From Euprymna scolopes (taxonomy: Eukaryota), in assembly GCA_053919585.1 (NCBI GenBank), contig CM132813.1: a stretch of 64,000 nucleotides of DNA; one strand, written 5' to 3'. This document shows positions 50,215 through 62,187 of this stretch, in pieces (the stretch's first letter is position 1; each line of letters starts with the position of its first letter). Below the pieces are notes generated by a model. That model saw nothing but the letters and a program-made list of their open reading frames with translations, had not been told where the DNA came from and made no database searches. The position numbers were made by a program, and so were the translations under genes.

Positions 50215-50649
50215 CAGTGCCGGATTTACATATGGACGAATGTAAGGATTAAGATCCAGGGGCCCCAGGATTAGGGAGGAGGGCAGGTTTTGATAAAATA
50301 AAACATTGAAGATAATGGACAGAGGGTATCTATATATTTTTAGATTTAACGGGGATCCTCTTTAGTATTTTTTTAATTAGTGCATTCAAGGCCTTCTCTG
50401 CTTCGATTGGGTGTAAAAATAATTTGGATTTCTGCCGTATTGATCTAAGACTGTAGCCAGTCAGAATTTTCTTTCTTCGTCATTTTTGCTTTTTATGAAA
50501 TTTGAATGCTACAATTTCCAGTGTTATTATGGACACTTCATTTGATAATAATTTCTATAGGAGCAGATAGAAAAATAACATTAGCTTGATAATAACATAA
50601 ATTGGATGAGTTTCAAATGATTAAAATATTTTAGTTAATGTCCTTTCTG

Positions 50650-50707
<58 letters not shown>

Positions 50708-51397
50708 AAAATTTTAGTTAATAAGCTAAGATAATTCTTGCATTCTCCTAAGTAAGATTCATCCATATATACTTTTACTAAATACAAATAGAGACTTCAT
50801 TTCATACCTATGAGATGTTTTAATACTGCAGTTAAACATAAGCTCGATAATTAGAGCTTTCGCATAGGTTACGATTCAAAATATTCCAAACATATTAATC
50901 AGAATTCCTAATATTCAAATTGTATCTTGGAAAACATATTCAGGGCATTCTCTATATGCACACACGGATCCGAGATTACAGCTTTATTCAATATCAAAAT
51001 TATATTTTAATATAGTTGAATGATTCTCCCAAACAACGTATTCATTTTCTTCAATCAAAATTCAGAAGCATATGAATAGTCCAGATATCATTATAGAACA
51101 TTCATTCAGCAGATGTTCCAAAGTAATTACTTCTCTTAATATGCTGACGAGAGCAAATTTTTATCTAGTGGAAATTTTATTAAAATGTAATTTTGATAAC
51201 GAATAAAGCTGGAATCTCTGAAATGCCCGTACATAAGCAGGTCATGTTAAATATTCATTTTCCGGGACACTATTTCAATATTTGAAATTCTAACTGATAT
51301 GTTTTAAATATTTGGAATGGCACTGAGGGAGATATGTTATCAAGTGGCCTCAATTTTTATTTGCCCAGGGGCTTTTTAGGGTCTAAATCCGGTCCTG
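50215..51397. mobile_element. non-autonomous hAT-type DNA transposon (1183 bp)
   Basis: TIRs CAGTGCCGGATTTA / TAAATCCGGTCCTG; 8-bp flanks CTATTATG and CTGTCATG (6/8 identical, both differences transitions). Confidence 0.7.
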
Positions 51398-51945
51398 CTG
51401 TCATGTTATTCAGAAATACACAACGATAAAAGGGAAAATCAAACAGGAATCAATGAACTGATTCAATTTTTCAATCAAGTCAAAACATCGAAAGATTCTT
51501 TTTTCTTTCTTTTTTTTTTTTTTTTTTTTTTTTAAGACCAGGTGTATGAAACCCGCTATTATAATGGTTGAGAAATATTTTGAAAATTGATGAATTTTAA
51601 AAGAATTAAAATGAACGAATAAATTTTTTGTCTCTCAAGTCATGCAGTAGAATATGTTACGATTTCTTGAAGTCAATCATGAAATAATTATTTTAATATC
51701 GTTATTTGGGTAAACCTTACTATTGACGACATAAATTATTTTAAAAGAAATATAGCTGAGAAATTAGTCAGAACCTGTTTATTTATATTAACTATGGCCT
51801 ATTTGAGTTAAAAATGTTTTGTTATTTAAAAAAGTTATATGCAATTGAATTTAGCACAAATACTAATTATAAATAAAATGATCCGGTTCCGTACTTATTT
51901 CCTGTGAATAATCAAGATGAATAACTGCAGATTATTTTACTCACA

Positions 51946-52190
51946 TTTGGCCTAATGGTTAGAACGTTTGCTGAAGGTCTTAGAGACCAGGGATCAATTC
52001 TTAGGCGAGTCATACGAAATACTAAAAAAAAAAGTACTTGATACTCTCTTGTTAAATATTTAGCATTATAAAGTGAAAATCAAGGGTAAGTGGAGTACTC
52101 CTGAGAAATAAATGACATCCTTCCTTTCGTATCGGTGTAGTAGCTAATGAAAAAGATGTATTAGGTTGCCCTCAATTATGCTTGACCATT
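51946..52190 (+). mobile_element. tRNA-derived SINE with Meta-like central domain
   Basis: A box TGGCCTAATGG; B-like GGATCAATTC; GAGTCATACGAAATACT...GTACTTGATACTC...AGCATTATAAAG central domain. Confidence 0.75.
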
Positions 52191-52910
52191 TTCTGTCTTT
52201 TATGACTTCTTTAAAATATTGAATATTTATTTATCTTTTATCACAAAGAGGTTGCACATGAGTGGAAAAATTAAAATACATCGTTTTCGACTAATTTCTC
52301 AACTGTATTCCTTTTAAACGAAATCATGTCGCCAATAGTAACGTTTATCCATAGTTTGTGGGTAATTTGCAGATCCTTAGAACAATTTCTTAAAAGTTTG
52401 CTGTTCTTCCCAATGCAAAACTAAATATATATCATTATTGTCTGTTCATCTTTTCTCTCTTCGTTAAAAGAAAATACGTAAAATACAAATAAAATTTAAA
52501 TGACATCCCAATCTACTTGCCTCTCTGAAAAGACGATCTGGATTTGGACAAAAGTAAAAAATTGGCTTAGTTTAGAAGAATTTATTCTTCTCTGACTGAT
52601 GACAAAAAAGATGTAGTATAGTATCAGAACAGATACTGCACTGCTTTTATCCAAAACGTAAAAGCTAATATAAATGATGAGACAGACAGTTTCCCCAGTA
52701 TTATCTCCTGGGGCAGCCATTCATACTACCCCTTTTACCTGTTTGTCAAAACTAAGGGCATTCAGAAAGTCACTTATTCTCCGATAAGAACTCTGGAAGT
52801 CTCGGCAGATATTTGTTGGCAAACGGGTGTTCTAAAGTTGTATATTTTATGAGTTTGTGTAATTTAAACCTCTGAGAAATCGTTCCAAATACACAAGACT
52901 AAGAATTTGG

Positions 52911-52957
<47 letters not shown>

Positions 52958-52962
<5 letters not shown>

Positions 52963-53100
52963 AGTTATAAAAATATATATGGCAATTAAGCTACACAAAA
53001 TATTCCGCGTTTCATCCCCACTAGGATTCGTAAGGCTTATATTTTATAACTTACTACCTAGCTCTACCTATGTATTGAGTACTGGTAAAGTAAATACTTA
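52958..53100. mobile_element. family HH2: minus-strand hammerhead-like tail plus inverted plus-strand tail, between (TA)n tracts
   Basis: Minus strand CTTACGA-ATCCT/agtg/GGGAT-GAAACGCGG (53005-53034); TAGTAAGTTATAAAA is inverted to TTTTATAACTTACTA. Confidence 0.6.
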
Positions 53101-53157
53101 AAGTTTATGCATAAAATTATACTTTCGTATATTAATTTATGTGATTAAATGAAGTAG

Positions 53158-53230
<73 letters not shown>

Positions 53231-53769
53231 ATCTATTCTACTAATTTATCTAAAACTTTGACTGATTCTTAAACTTTCTCTTTCTTTAACGAAAATATGA
53301 AATCTGGATCCATTTTTCGGTTAATCAATTTTCAATTACAATAATCTTATTCCAGCAAACAAAAAAAAAAGGAATTTTTCTTAAAAGTTATTTATTTTAT
53401 ATTAAAACAATCTTAATAAATTTGATTTTTTTTACATTTTCGAATCTCTTTTAATAAAAACTCTTTAATATCTCTTGTTTTTTCTATTATTTAAAAAGAA
53501 AATAATTAGTCTCCAAGTTAAAGTCGTAAAGAAGCCAGATACAATGGTGAAAAATCATAGAATGGTTTAAAGTAAATGAAAGAGAATCTATGACGCTGTG
53601 CAGACAGAGAGAGTTTAAGTTTATTTAAGATTGCAGTTCTAAGACTATGGCCGCGATTCTTAAAATTTAAAAACGATAGTAATTATTGTCACATGTTAAA
53701 GACGATACTAGCTTTTATTAAAATGCATACCAACTTTTTAAAAGTAGAGTAAGTTTTATTGCATTTTTA

Positions 53770-54095
53770 CTAACTATGATAACTCCGACTATGGTAAGTA
53801 TTATTACGATTATCTAACCTTGATAACTATTATTACATTTTCACAACTATGGTAACTATTATTACGACTATGGTTACTATTTCATGACTATGATAACTAT
53901 TTTCACAATTTTACGATTACGATAACCATTATTACAATTTTACAACTATAGTAAGTATTATTACATTTTTATGACTATCGTAAGTATGATTACATTTTTA
54001 CGACTAGGGCAAGTGTTATCACAATTCAACGACTATAATAACTATTATTACGAATATGGGAACGATTGCGACATTTAATAATAACTATTACTATG
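53770..54095. repeat. degenerate ~30-bp minisatellite (ACTATGATAACTATTATTACATTTTTACG)
   Basis: Read directly from sequence. Confidence 0.75.
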
Positions 54096-54584
54096 AAAAC
54101 TTACATGATCATAAAAGATAATTTGAAAAGAACAGCAAATAATTTAAAATCTCAAGAATTTTTTCTGCAACACATTTAGTGAGAAACATTTAAGATATCA
54201 GTGTATATTGCTAAAAGAATTGTACTATTTGCAAACATGAAATTATTTAACAAATCAAACGATATAATCTTTATATATATAAAACATTGTATCTGAATCA
54301 AAACTTCATAATTAAAAAATAAAGTTAAAAAATATTAAGAATATTTAACGTTAAAATATGCATAAATGGAAATTGGAATTATTATGCCACAATTTGTCTT
54401 TCGAGTCTTTAAATTCTTCAGCAAACAACTGCAGTTGGTTAATTTTGATTCTGGTCTCATTTTTTGGAATTTTCTTTTGCAAAATTGGATTCTCAAAATC
54501 ATAGAAATCAAATATATGCCAAAAATCAAAATCAAATGAATTTATATAAAATCTAGGGATAATTTTGGATTTTTAAACAAACCT

Positions 54585-54697
54585 TTATTCACTCCAACCA
54601 AAACATATTGCCACTAAAGTGTAATGGTCTACTATGACAGAGACCAGATTTATAGGGGAGAACCTGGTTTGGGAGTTGGGCAGCAAGATGTTTGTTC
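54585..54697 (-). mobile_element. LINE family A 3'UTR remnant
   Basis: TTATTCACTCCAACC...GCAGCAAGATGTTTGTTC, as at 9640-9750. Confidence 0.65.
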
Positions 54698-55049
54698 TGA
54701 AGTGGTGAAAATTTGAAGATTATTGGGAGTTGTTACATCGTTATATTTCGGAGAAAGAAAATATCAAAAAAGTTTTTCAATTATTTATGTGTAAAGCCCA
54801 TACCAATCGTGGATTTTTCCTTTTACTAAATGGTCACCAGGGCTAACGAGTTGATTTAATGAAATTTTACAAAGTGCTCCGAAGTATCACTTAACAGCCG
54901 AAAAATTCCAGGTCTAAAATATGTGGGAAGGGCACTTATCTTCAATTTTATCAGAAAGAAAAAAAAAAAAAACTTATTTTAAATAGATATTTAATGTGTT
55001 TTGTTAAAAGATACATTCATGTAAACCAAGTAGAACGTAAACATATCTG

Positions 55050-55470
55050 GTGTAATACTCAGGTGTGAGACTACCGCACTCGGAGAAATGGACTCACAGA
55101 TTCATATGGGAGAAGCAAACTCCAATGTAAAACCTATGCTCTACATCGTAACTCCAATCATCTATAAAACTAATAAATATGAAGCTTACAAACCCCTTCA
55201 TACATCAAGTGCTGCCTTGAACTGTTTGGTTATCTACAGGTTATCCACGGCTTCTGGCAGCCTGTTCTACAATGCAGCAACCGGAAGGTGTGTTTCGACG
55301 ATCAAGCTTAAATCGTTTCAAGTACACCTTTACTGAGTTCCACAAAGTCCTCTTTGCAAATGTAATGAGAAGAAAAGGCCATGAGGTACATTGTAGTCGC
55401 ATGTGTAACTAACAAAGATTCCTGGTGAAGCTTAGACGAGACCACTAGGAGATCATTCTTGTTCTAACCT
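55050..55470 (-). mobile_element. CR1 LINE 3' remnant
   Basis: Minus strand VYLKRFKLDRR...NRLPEAV...QFKAALD, a CR1-like C-terminus. Confidence 0.6.
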
Positions 55471-55666
55471 ATCATCTCCATTTGTTATTCATATGTAAAA
55501 TAAAATCGTGTTTATGCATATTCATATCTTATATAATCAATTTATATGCAACCGGCAGTTTATTGTTTAGAATGCAAATCAGTGGAAATTATTCTTTTTA
55601 TTGTTATTATGTGGAGAATTACGTGATTATAATGAGCACTTAATCACTCTTAGATGACAATAAAAA

Positions 55667-55882
55667 GTCGAGAACAACCCAAAGGCTCCCTTTTCATTAG
55701 GAGTGAGCGCCATTAGTTTTTCATTTTTACTTCGTTTACTCTAGATCTTCACCTTATGATGCTAAGCATTTAACAAGAGATCATCAAGTATCATGTTTTT
55801 AGTTTTTGGTATGATTTCACCAAGGATTGAACCCCAGTCTTCCGGCTTGTGAGCAATTACTCTACTCATTATACCAAATGCC
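55667..55882 (-). mobile_element. tRNA-derived Meta-like SINE (same family as 51946)
   Basis: Minus strand GGGGTTCAATCC B box, ATCATACCAAAAACT, TACTTGATG, AGCATCATAAGG, GAAAAGGGAGCCTTTGGGTTG. Confidence 0.7.
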
Positions 55883-56114
55883 TATAAAGCCAAGTAAATG
55901 CTTGAAAGCTCAAATATATTATGCTCTAAAAGTTTGATCCTGATTTTAGGACCGGTTTTATGCTATTTAGCTGAATTATGGCTAAATATACTAAAATATT
56001 GAAATTCGGCCCGAGACCCCTGAAATTATTCCTTTAAAAATAGATTATTCTTCATTATGTAAAGAATGCAGTCAAAATTTCGGGGTGATAATTTTCAATC
56101 AAGATATTTAATTA

Positions 56115-56776
56115 TTCCAACATATACATCAAATCCGTTGCCAAGGCCGCTGAAAAAATGGTAGGATCCTTCTACAGCTCCAGTAGATATCTCACTCTTG
56201 ATGCAATTCTCTACTTATATAAAAGCCAGGTACGTCCAATGATGGAGTACTGTTGCCACATCTGGACAGGAGCTGCTAGAAGCAGTTTATCCTGCCTTGA
56301 CAAAATAGACTTTGTAGCTTAGTGGGGAATGCCCTTTTCTCTTCCCTGCAACCTCTTTCCCACAGAAGAGATGTTGCGAGCCTGTCTCTGCTTTATTCGT
56401 TATTTTCTTGGCAAGTGCTCGTCTGAGCTTCAATCTATGGTCCCCCCTCATCAAACTTTCACGAAAAAAGCTCACCTAGCCAAAACCACTATCAATAATT
56501 TCCCACGCTCTTTGTCTGTGCCTTAACCTAAATGTAGATTCCATGAACAAAGCTTCTTTCTTAGAACTGCACGCCTGTCAAACTCTCTTCCGTTTGCCTG
56601 CTTTCCAGCTGACTACAATTTGATTGTCTTCAAGTCCAACGTAAACAAGTTCTTGATGAACCATCCCCCTAAGTAATCTAATTTACAAAATTCCCACTAC
56701 TTATGTATACCCATTAACCCTTATCCTCGAGTGGCATTCGAGCCTTGATAAGTGGTGACTCTTTTGTTAAAAAAAA
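56115..56776 (+). mobile_element. LINE family B 3' fragment (best preserved copy)
   Basis: YIKSVAKAAEKMVGSFYSSSRYLTLDAILYLYKSQVRPMMEYCCHIWTGA...LQPLSHRRDVASLSLLYSLF; 3'UTR followed by poly(A). Confidence 0.9.
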
Positions 56777-58620
56777 TAATTATGTGCACACTGTCACAGA
56801 AACATTCTTGCTAACAGGTTCAAATATTTGGGACAGTTCAGAAAGTTTTTACAGATTTGTGTTTAAAATATCATAATATAAAAATGTGCATCACTGGATT
56901 CAAGAAAATTAACAAAAAAAAAAAAAAGGAAAAATTGGAATTCTTTCTCAAAACTACTTCGAAGAGCATTAACGATAGATTATTCTCTCCAATCTGAGAT
57001 GTTGGATTGACATTCAGAAATGTCGACCCACAACAATCGCTATAAATATAAAATTTCACAAACCGAAACAAATTCAAATTGTAGCAAAATAATTGAATAT
57101 ACAAGAATTTAAGAACACTTTTCACATAGTTCACAGCAAAACGTAGACTATCAGAAAATTATTCTTTAGTAATGATCATATATCATGTTTTATTCTGCAT
57201 TTTTTTACTGTGGCAAAACAAATCTCTGCTTAATAAGGTTTACGAAAAATAACAATGACCAACAATGGCTCTTATTTCCTTCAGAGATCTTGATAGAAAG
57301 ATGTAACCAATGAATCATGGCAATCTTGCATTAGATCTAACAGCCGAGAAATTTAAAATATAAATATATATGTGCAACAAATAACCTTTTACCAAACGAA
57401 ATTAAATTTAATTTCCACCGGCCTGTACACTTTTGAGATTCTGAACTTGCTTTGAAGTTTGCTTCTTTTTTTTTTTTCATTTTAAAATAAGATTTCGCTA
57501 ATAGCTTTACTTCAAACACAATAAAAATAATAAACATGGCCGCCTACAATTTTTTGTTCAGCTTCGAGATACTGCAACTTGTTTTTAAATTAAAAAAAAA
57601 TTTAAAGCACTTTTAGAAGGTTAAAAATATACAGGTCTGTTGAAACGTACATTTTAATACGTTTGGTAAAGGATACCGTTTATTATTGATTTTCCGACTG
57701 TATAATATAAGATCTCGAAGCTTAATGCGAAACAAATGCAGACATATTTCATGTTTTTTCCTGGGTCTGAAAGAGAGCTATTGACGAAATCATTTTGAAA
57801 TAAAAGTTAATAAATTTACATCAGTTTCAGAACGTTAAAACTGTACAGATCGATAGAAAAGTAATAAGTTTACACCAGTTTCAAGACGTTAAAACTATCG
57901 GTAGAAAATTAAATTATGTTTTGTTTGGTAAAAGTTATTTGTTGTATTCATTTTTTGTCAATTTCTTGGCTGTTAACTATACTGAAAGATTACTAAATTA
58001 TACACACACACACGTACTTACCAATCTAGGGACCAAAATCACCCCTAAGAAGCATTTTTTGGATAGATTTTAAGACACCTTTTTCTGTAAATGGTTATCA
58101 AACAAAGTGGCTCAACTACACAGCACAAAGATGCATACTAGAAATTAAATTGGATATTTTTCTTAAATAGTTAATCAGATTTTGAGAGCTATTCAAACTT
58201 GTTTAATATCATTTAGATTACTTTAGTCTTCTGTAATGTAGACTTTTCATAATATTTTCTTTGCAGACTTTAAATTTCTGGTGACACGATACTAAAAGAG
58301 AGCAAAACCACCTAAAAACGAATTCATTTGCAAAAGATCAAAATTTAGTTCAAACGCCAGAAAAAGGATTGAATTTAGGGATTCAATCACTTATCTCCAC
58401 GAACAATGAATCACCGAACTTTTTATGTTTACGTTTTTATTTATTTTGATCTTATTTGTTTTTATTCATTTTCTCATATAATAACTTCTATTAGGATACG
58501 AATGTAGTATCTGTACTTGCCTGGAAGATCAAAGTGTTATTCACAGGCATTCATTGAATCAAGTGAAGAAATCTACATAAATCTAATTCTTTTTACATGA
58601 AATGATATCAAAATTAAATA

Positions 58621-58691
<71 letters not shown>

Positions 58692-58759
58692 GAAGTCCTT
58701 TGAAGCATCATTTGTTAAGTAAATTTACAAATCAAACAAAAAGCTACTGAAAGCCTATG

Positions 58760-58803
<44 letters not shown>

Positions 58804-58977
58804 GCATTAATGATGAAAGCTTAAAGTTTATACGCATCAAATAAGTAAGTGATTTTTAATAACAATAAAGAGATATAACATTTTGATTTAAACATACAAA
58901 CATAATACCTCGTATTATATAAGGTTACATAAACAGAAGTTAGACTTTTCATTTGTGCCTTATAGTTGAGCTGAGAT

Positions 58978-59598
58978 CAGTGGCGGATCTACTATGAAAC
59001 TAATAAAGCATAAACCTTAGGGTACATGAACGCAAGAAGGGGATGGCAGCTTTTGTATCTGAAACAACTTTTTATAATTATTAATGAATATTACAATAAA
59101 AATACTGAATTCTTTAATACTTCTTTTTATCTAAATTATATTTCAAGGTTCTTATAAATTATATTATATTTTTGATAGAATCACAAACTTTGAGATTTTA
59201 GAGTGATCTCCCTTGATTTTATACATTAATAAAAAAAAAAGAGTGAAGACAATTTATGAAAAATTTACATATATATATATAGAGAGAGAAGAGAGCGACA
59301 AGGGAGATTACTTCGTCATTTTAGAGTAGATACACTTCATATAAAACATGAAATATTCTCATATGACCTTAAAATGTCCATGTCATGAAGTAAATTTCAA
59401 TATTTCCTTGAGGTGGGGGTGAAACAATTAAATTTGTAACTGCCAATTTTCAAAGATGGCACACCACTGCACTATTTTCATTTGGGTCACAGTTTATCCC
59501 TAAGGGTAGCAAAGTTCTTTAAACCTTTTCTTATCGGTTACAAAGAGACTCAATAATAAATCAAGCTACAAAGTTTTCCAACTGTAGATCCGCCATTG
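58978..59598. mobile_element. non-autonomous TIR element (hAT-like ends)
   Basis: 15-bp TIRs CAGTGGCGGATCTAC / GTAGATCCGCCATTG (1 mismatch); no convincing TSD. Confidence 0.65.
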
Positions 59599-60362
59599 GA
59601 CAAGGATTTTATTATTCAAACATATTTCAGATATTTCGAAAAGTAAGTGTGTGTGTATATATTTTTTGTATAATTAAATTAGAGATTTCCTCAAGATTGG
59701 GTGTAATGAAATTTGTGTCTTTATGAAGTTCTGGCGAACACTATTTTGTAATTGGATTAATTTATAAAAATTATTTTTTGGAAAAATTAAAAAAGTAAAT
59801 TATAATTTTTATTTGTTTTTATTTGTTTGCAGTCTATGTTATCTGTCAATATTTTAAATTTGCACAATTAAAAAAAATAGCGTCAGCTGATTAGCAATTT
59901 CAAGAAATATTTCGGAAAATGTTGTTTTTTTTTAATTTGTTTAAAAAAACATTTTTACAAGCAGAAATATCCAAACACTAAAATGGGTTAATATAGACAA
60001 GCATTTATTCATGAAAATCAGATATTTTGTTAGCTATGGAATTTTTTTTTTAATAAAGGATGAAAATATTTCACACATGGGATAGTTAATAAAATTCACA
60101 ATCCTTTCTTCTATACAACCATGTTTGGTACAAATAAGCTTTCATCTATGTCTGACTTACCCACCTATTCGAAGTCATGTATAACCAACAGTTTTTGTCT
60201 TATAAATGATATGGGAGATACTTAAATAATATTCTCATCATTATGAGATGTGATCCTAAATAACCTTTACACTCATCAGACCATTAACCCCCCCCCCCCC
60301 GGCCACGATATTTATCTGTAAAGTATTCTCAAAGATAATATGTATCGAAATTATAGGCAGTA

Positions 60363-61077
60363 CACATAGACGATGAAGTCAATTGCAGGGTGCCAAGGCT
60401 ACTGCTGTCTTTAGACATCTTGGAACTACTATGTGGGAGCATAGAGGAATTCGGCTGCAGACCAAACTTCAAGAATATATGGAGCTGTTATTCTTACCAT
60501 CCTCATGTATGCTTGTGAAACTTAAACTGTATATGCCAGACATGCCAAGAAACTGAACCATTTCCATATTACCTGTCTCTGTAAATTATTGAAAATCAAG
60601 GGGCAAGAAAAGATACCAGACACAGAGGTTTAAGCCCAGTCAAAACTTCTATCAGCAGTGCTATATTTGTTGGGCAGGTCATATATACCACACAGCTCCT
60701 TTACGGTGAACTGACCAAAGAAAAAGACCTTCAGGAGGACAGCAGAAATGGTTCATGGATAATCTGGAGGTCTTCCTTGAACAGTTAGGTTTGTATTCTA
60801 AGTCATGGGAAAAACTAACCCAAGACAGATGCTTCTGGTGTGCTGCAACTCACGAAGGGGCTGCAATTGCTGAATCCACATGCAATGAAGAACGCAAGAG
60901 AAAACGTGGCATTAGAAAAGACAGAGCAATGAACATTTCTGATACAGAATTATCCCACAAGTGTCTAACATGCGGGAAATACTTTAGAGCTCAAATTGGT
61001 CTAACAAGCCATCTTCGAACCCACAGAACAATTGCATGATCATGGTCATCTTTGCAAGCGATAGACAAACATCATTA
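60363..61077 (+). mobile_element. RTE/BovB-like LINE 3' fragment (pseudogenised RT C-terminal region plus C2H2 zinc finger)
   Basis: IDDEVNCR...RGIRLQTKL...LMYACET*TVYARHAKKLNHFH...KIPDTEV; CLTCGKYFRAQIGLTSHLRTH. Confidence 0.9.
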
Positions 61078-61427
61078 TGTATCAAAATACTCATCACAGC
61101 TAAAAATCAAGAGTGTCTCAAAGTTATTGACAATTTGGCACAGCATAGCAAAGGGCTATTTACTCATCGTCAAGGCCTTATGAAAGCCAAAAAAATCCTT
61201 AACAAGGTGAAACACCTAATCGAGTCCAGGATGCTTGATTACTTTTCAGGACCAGTTGTGAAAATAGCAAACCTGAAACATCAAGGGTTTAACTGGTGTT
61301 TAGGCATCACTTGAAAGATACTGTTGAAGTTTAAGTGGAATCTCAAAGTAGCTTCTTCAAGTAAGTAATTTTGGCAAAAGATTTTATAAGATATGCACTT
61401 TGAATCATTTTTAAATTTAATGTGAAC

Positions 61428-61640
61428 AGAGTTTTTCGTCTATGGAACACATTACCACAGACTGTTTACTTGCAGATTACAGCTGCAGATTACAACATCG
61501 TCATCTTCAAATTCAATGTCAATAGTAATCGATCTTGCTTCCCATTAATGTTTCCTAATTCTCTATCTCTCAACTGAAAATACATTTCATCTCATTAACC
61601 CTTATCCTCGAGTGGCTTTAACATTAATAAGTGATCCATT
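61428..61640 (+). mobile_element. LINE family B 3' end
   Basis: GATTACAACATCGTCATCTTCAAATTCAATGTC...ATTAACCCTTATCCTCGAGTGGC. Confidence 0.7.
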
Positions 61641-61764
61641 AATATAATAGAACATCAGTTATGTGCCAGGATACAACATTTTGATTTCCAAACAGTGTCA
61701 GATTTTCCTTGAACACCTTGTATAGTTTATTGGGACATCTGTATATTCATATCTCTTTAAAGCC

Positions 61765-62187
61765 ACGATTTGCATGCTACAACTGGACTGGTGCACACTA
61801 GTCTCTCTTGGACAGGGTGCAAAAAAAAATTCTGATCAATGCAATGTCACATCACTTTTTGATTGTTTCACCATGAATCTTCTACACTTGTATCCCTCCA
61901 GCAATACTCTTGGCAACGACCCACACTCCTTCACTGTAGAAGTCTTTGGATGCTGAAAGGCCATCTACTCTAATAGCTTCTTTCCTTGGATCACTAGCCT
62001 TTAGAATTCCTTCCATGCTCCCCGTTTTTTCAACCATACCAACATGCAAAAGTTTTAATGTAATGTTTCAAAACTCTTGCTGCTCAACTCTCTATCCAAC
62101 ACGACTCTTTCCATCCCCTATAAATTTGGCCCCTATCAAAGTATCCTCATAAATCAGTGGAGGTTTGCTTTGTTTGGGGTGAAAAAA
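61765..62187 (+). mobile_element. LINE family A 3' fragment
   Basis: CCCACACTCCTTCACTGTAGAAGTC...TTTGTTTGGGGTGAAAAAA. Confidence 0.75.

Noticed and set aside
60755-61039. host C2H2 zinc-finger gene
   Set aside because: It is the C-terminus of a decayed RTE ORF, with upstream stops and frameshifts
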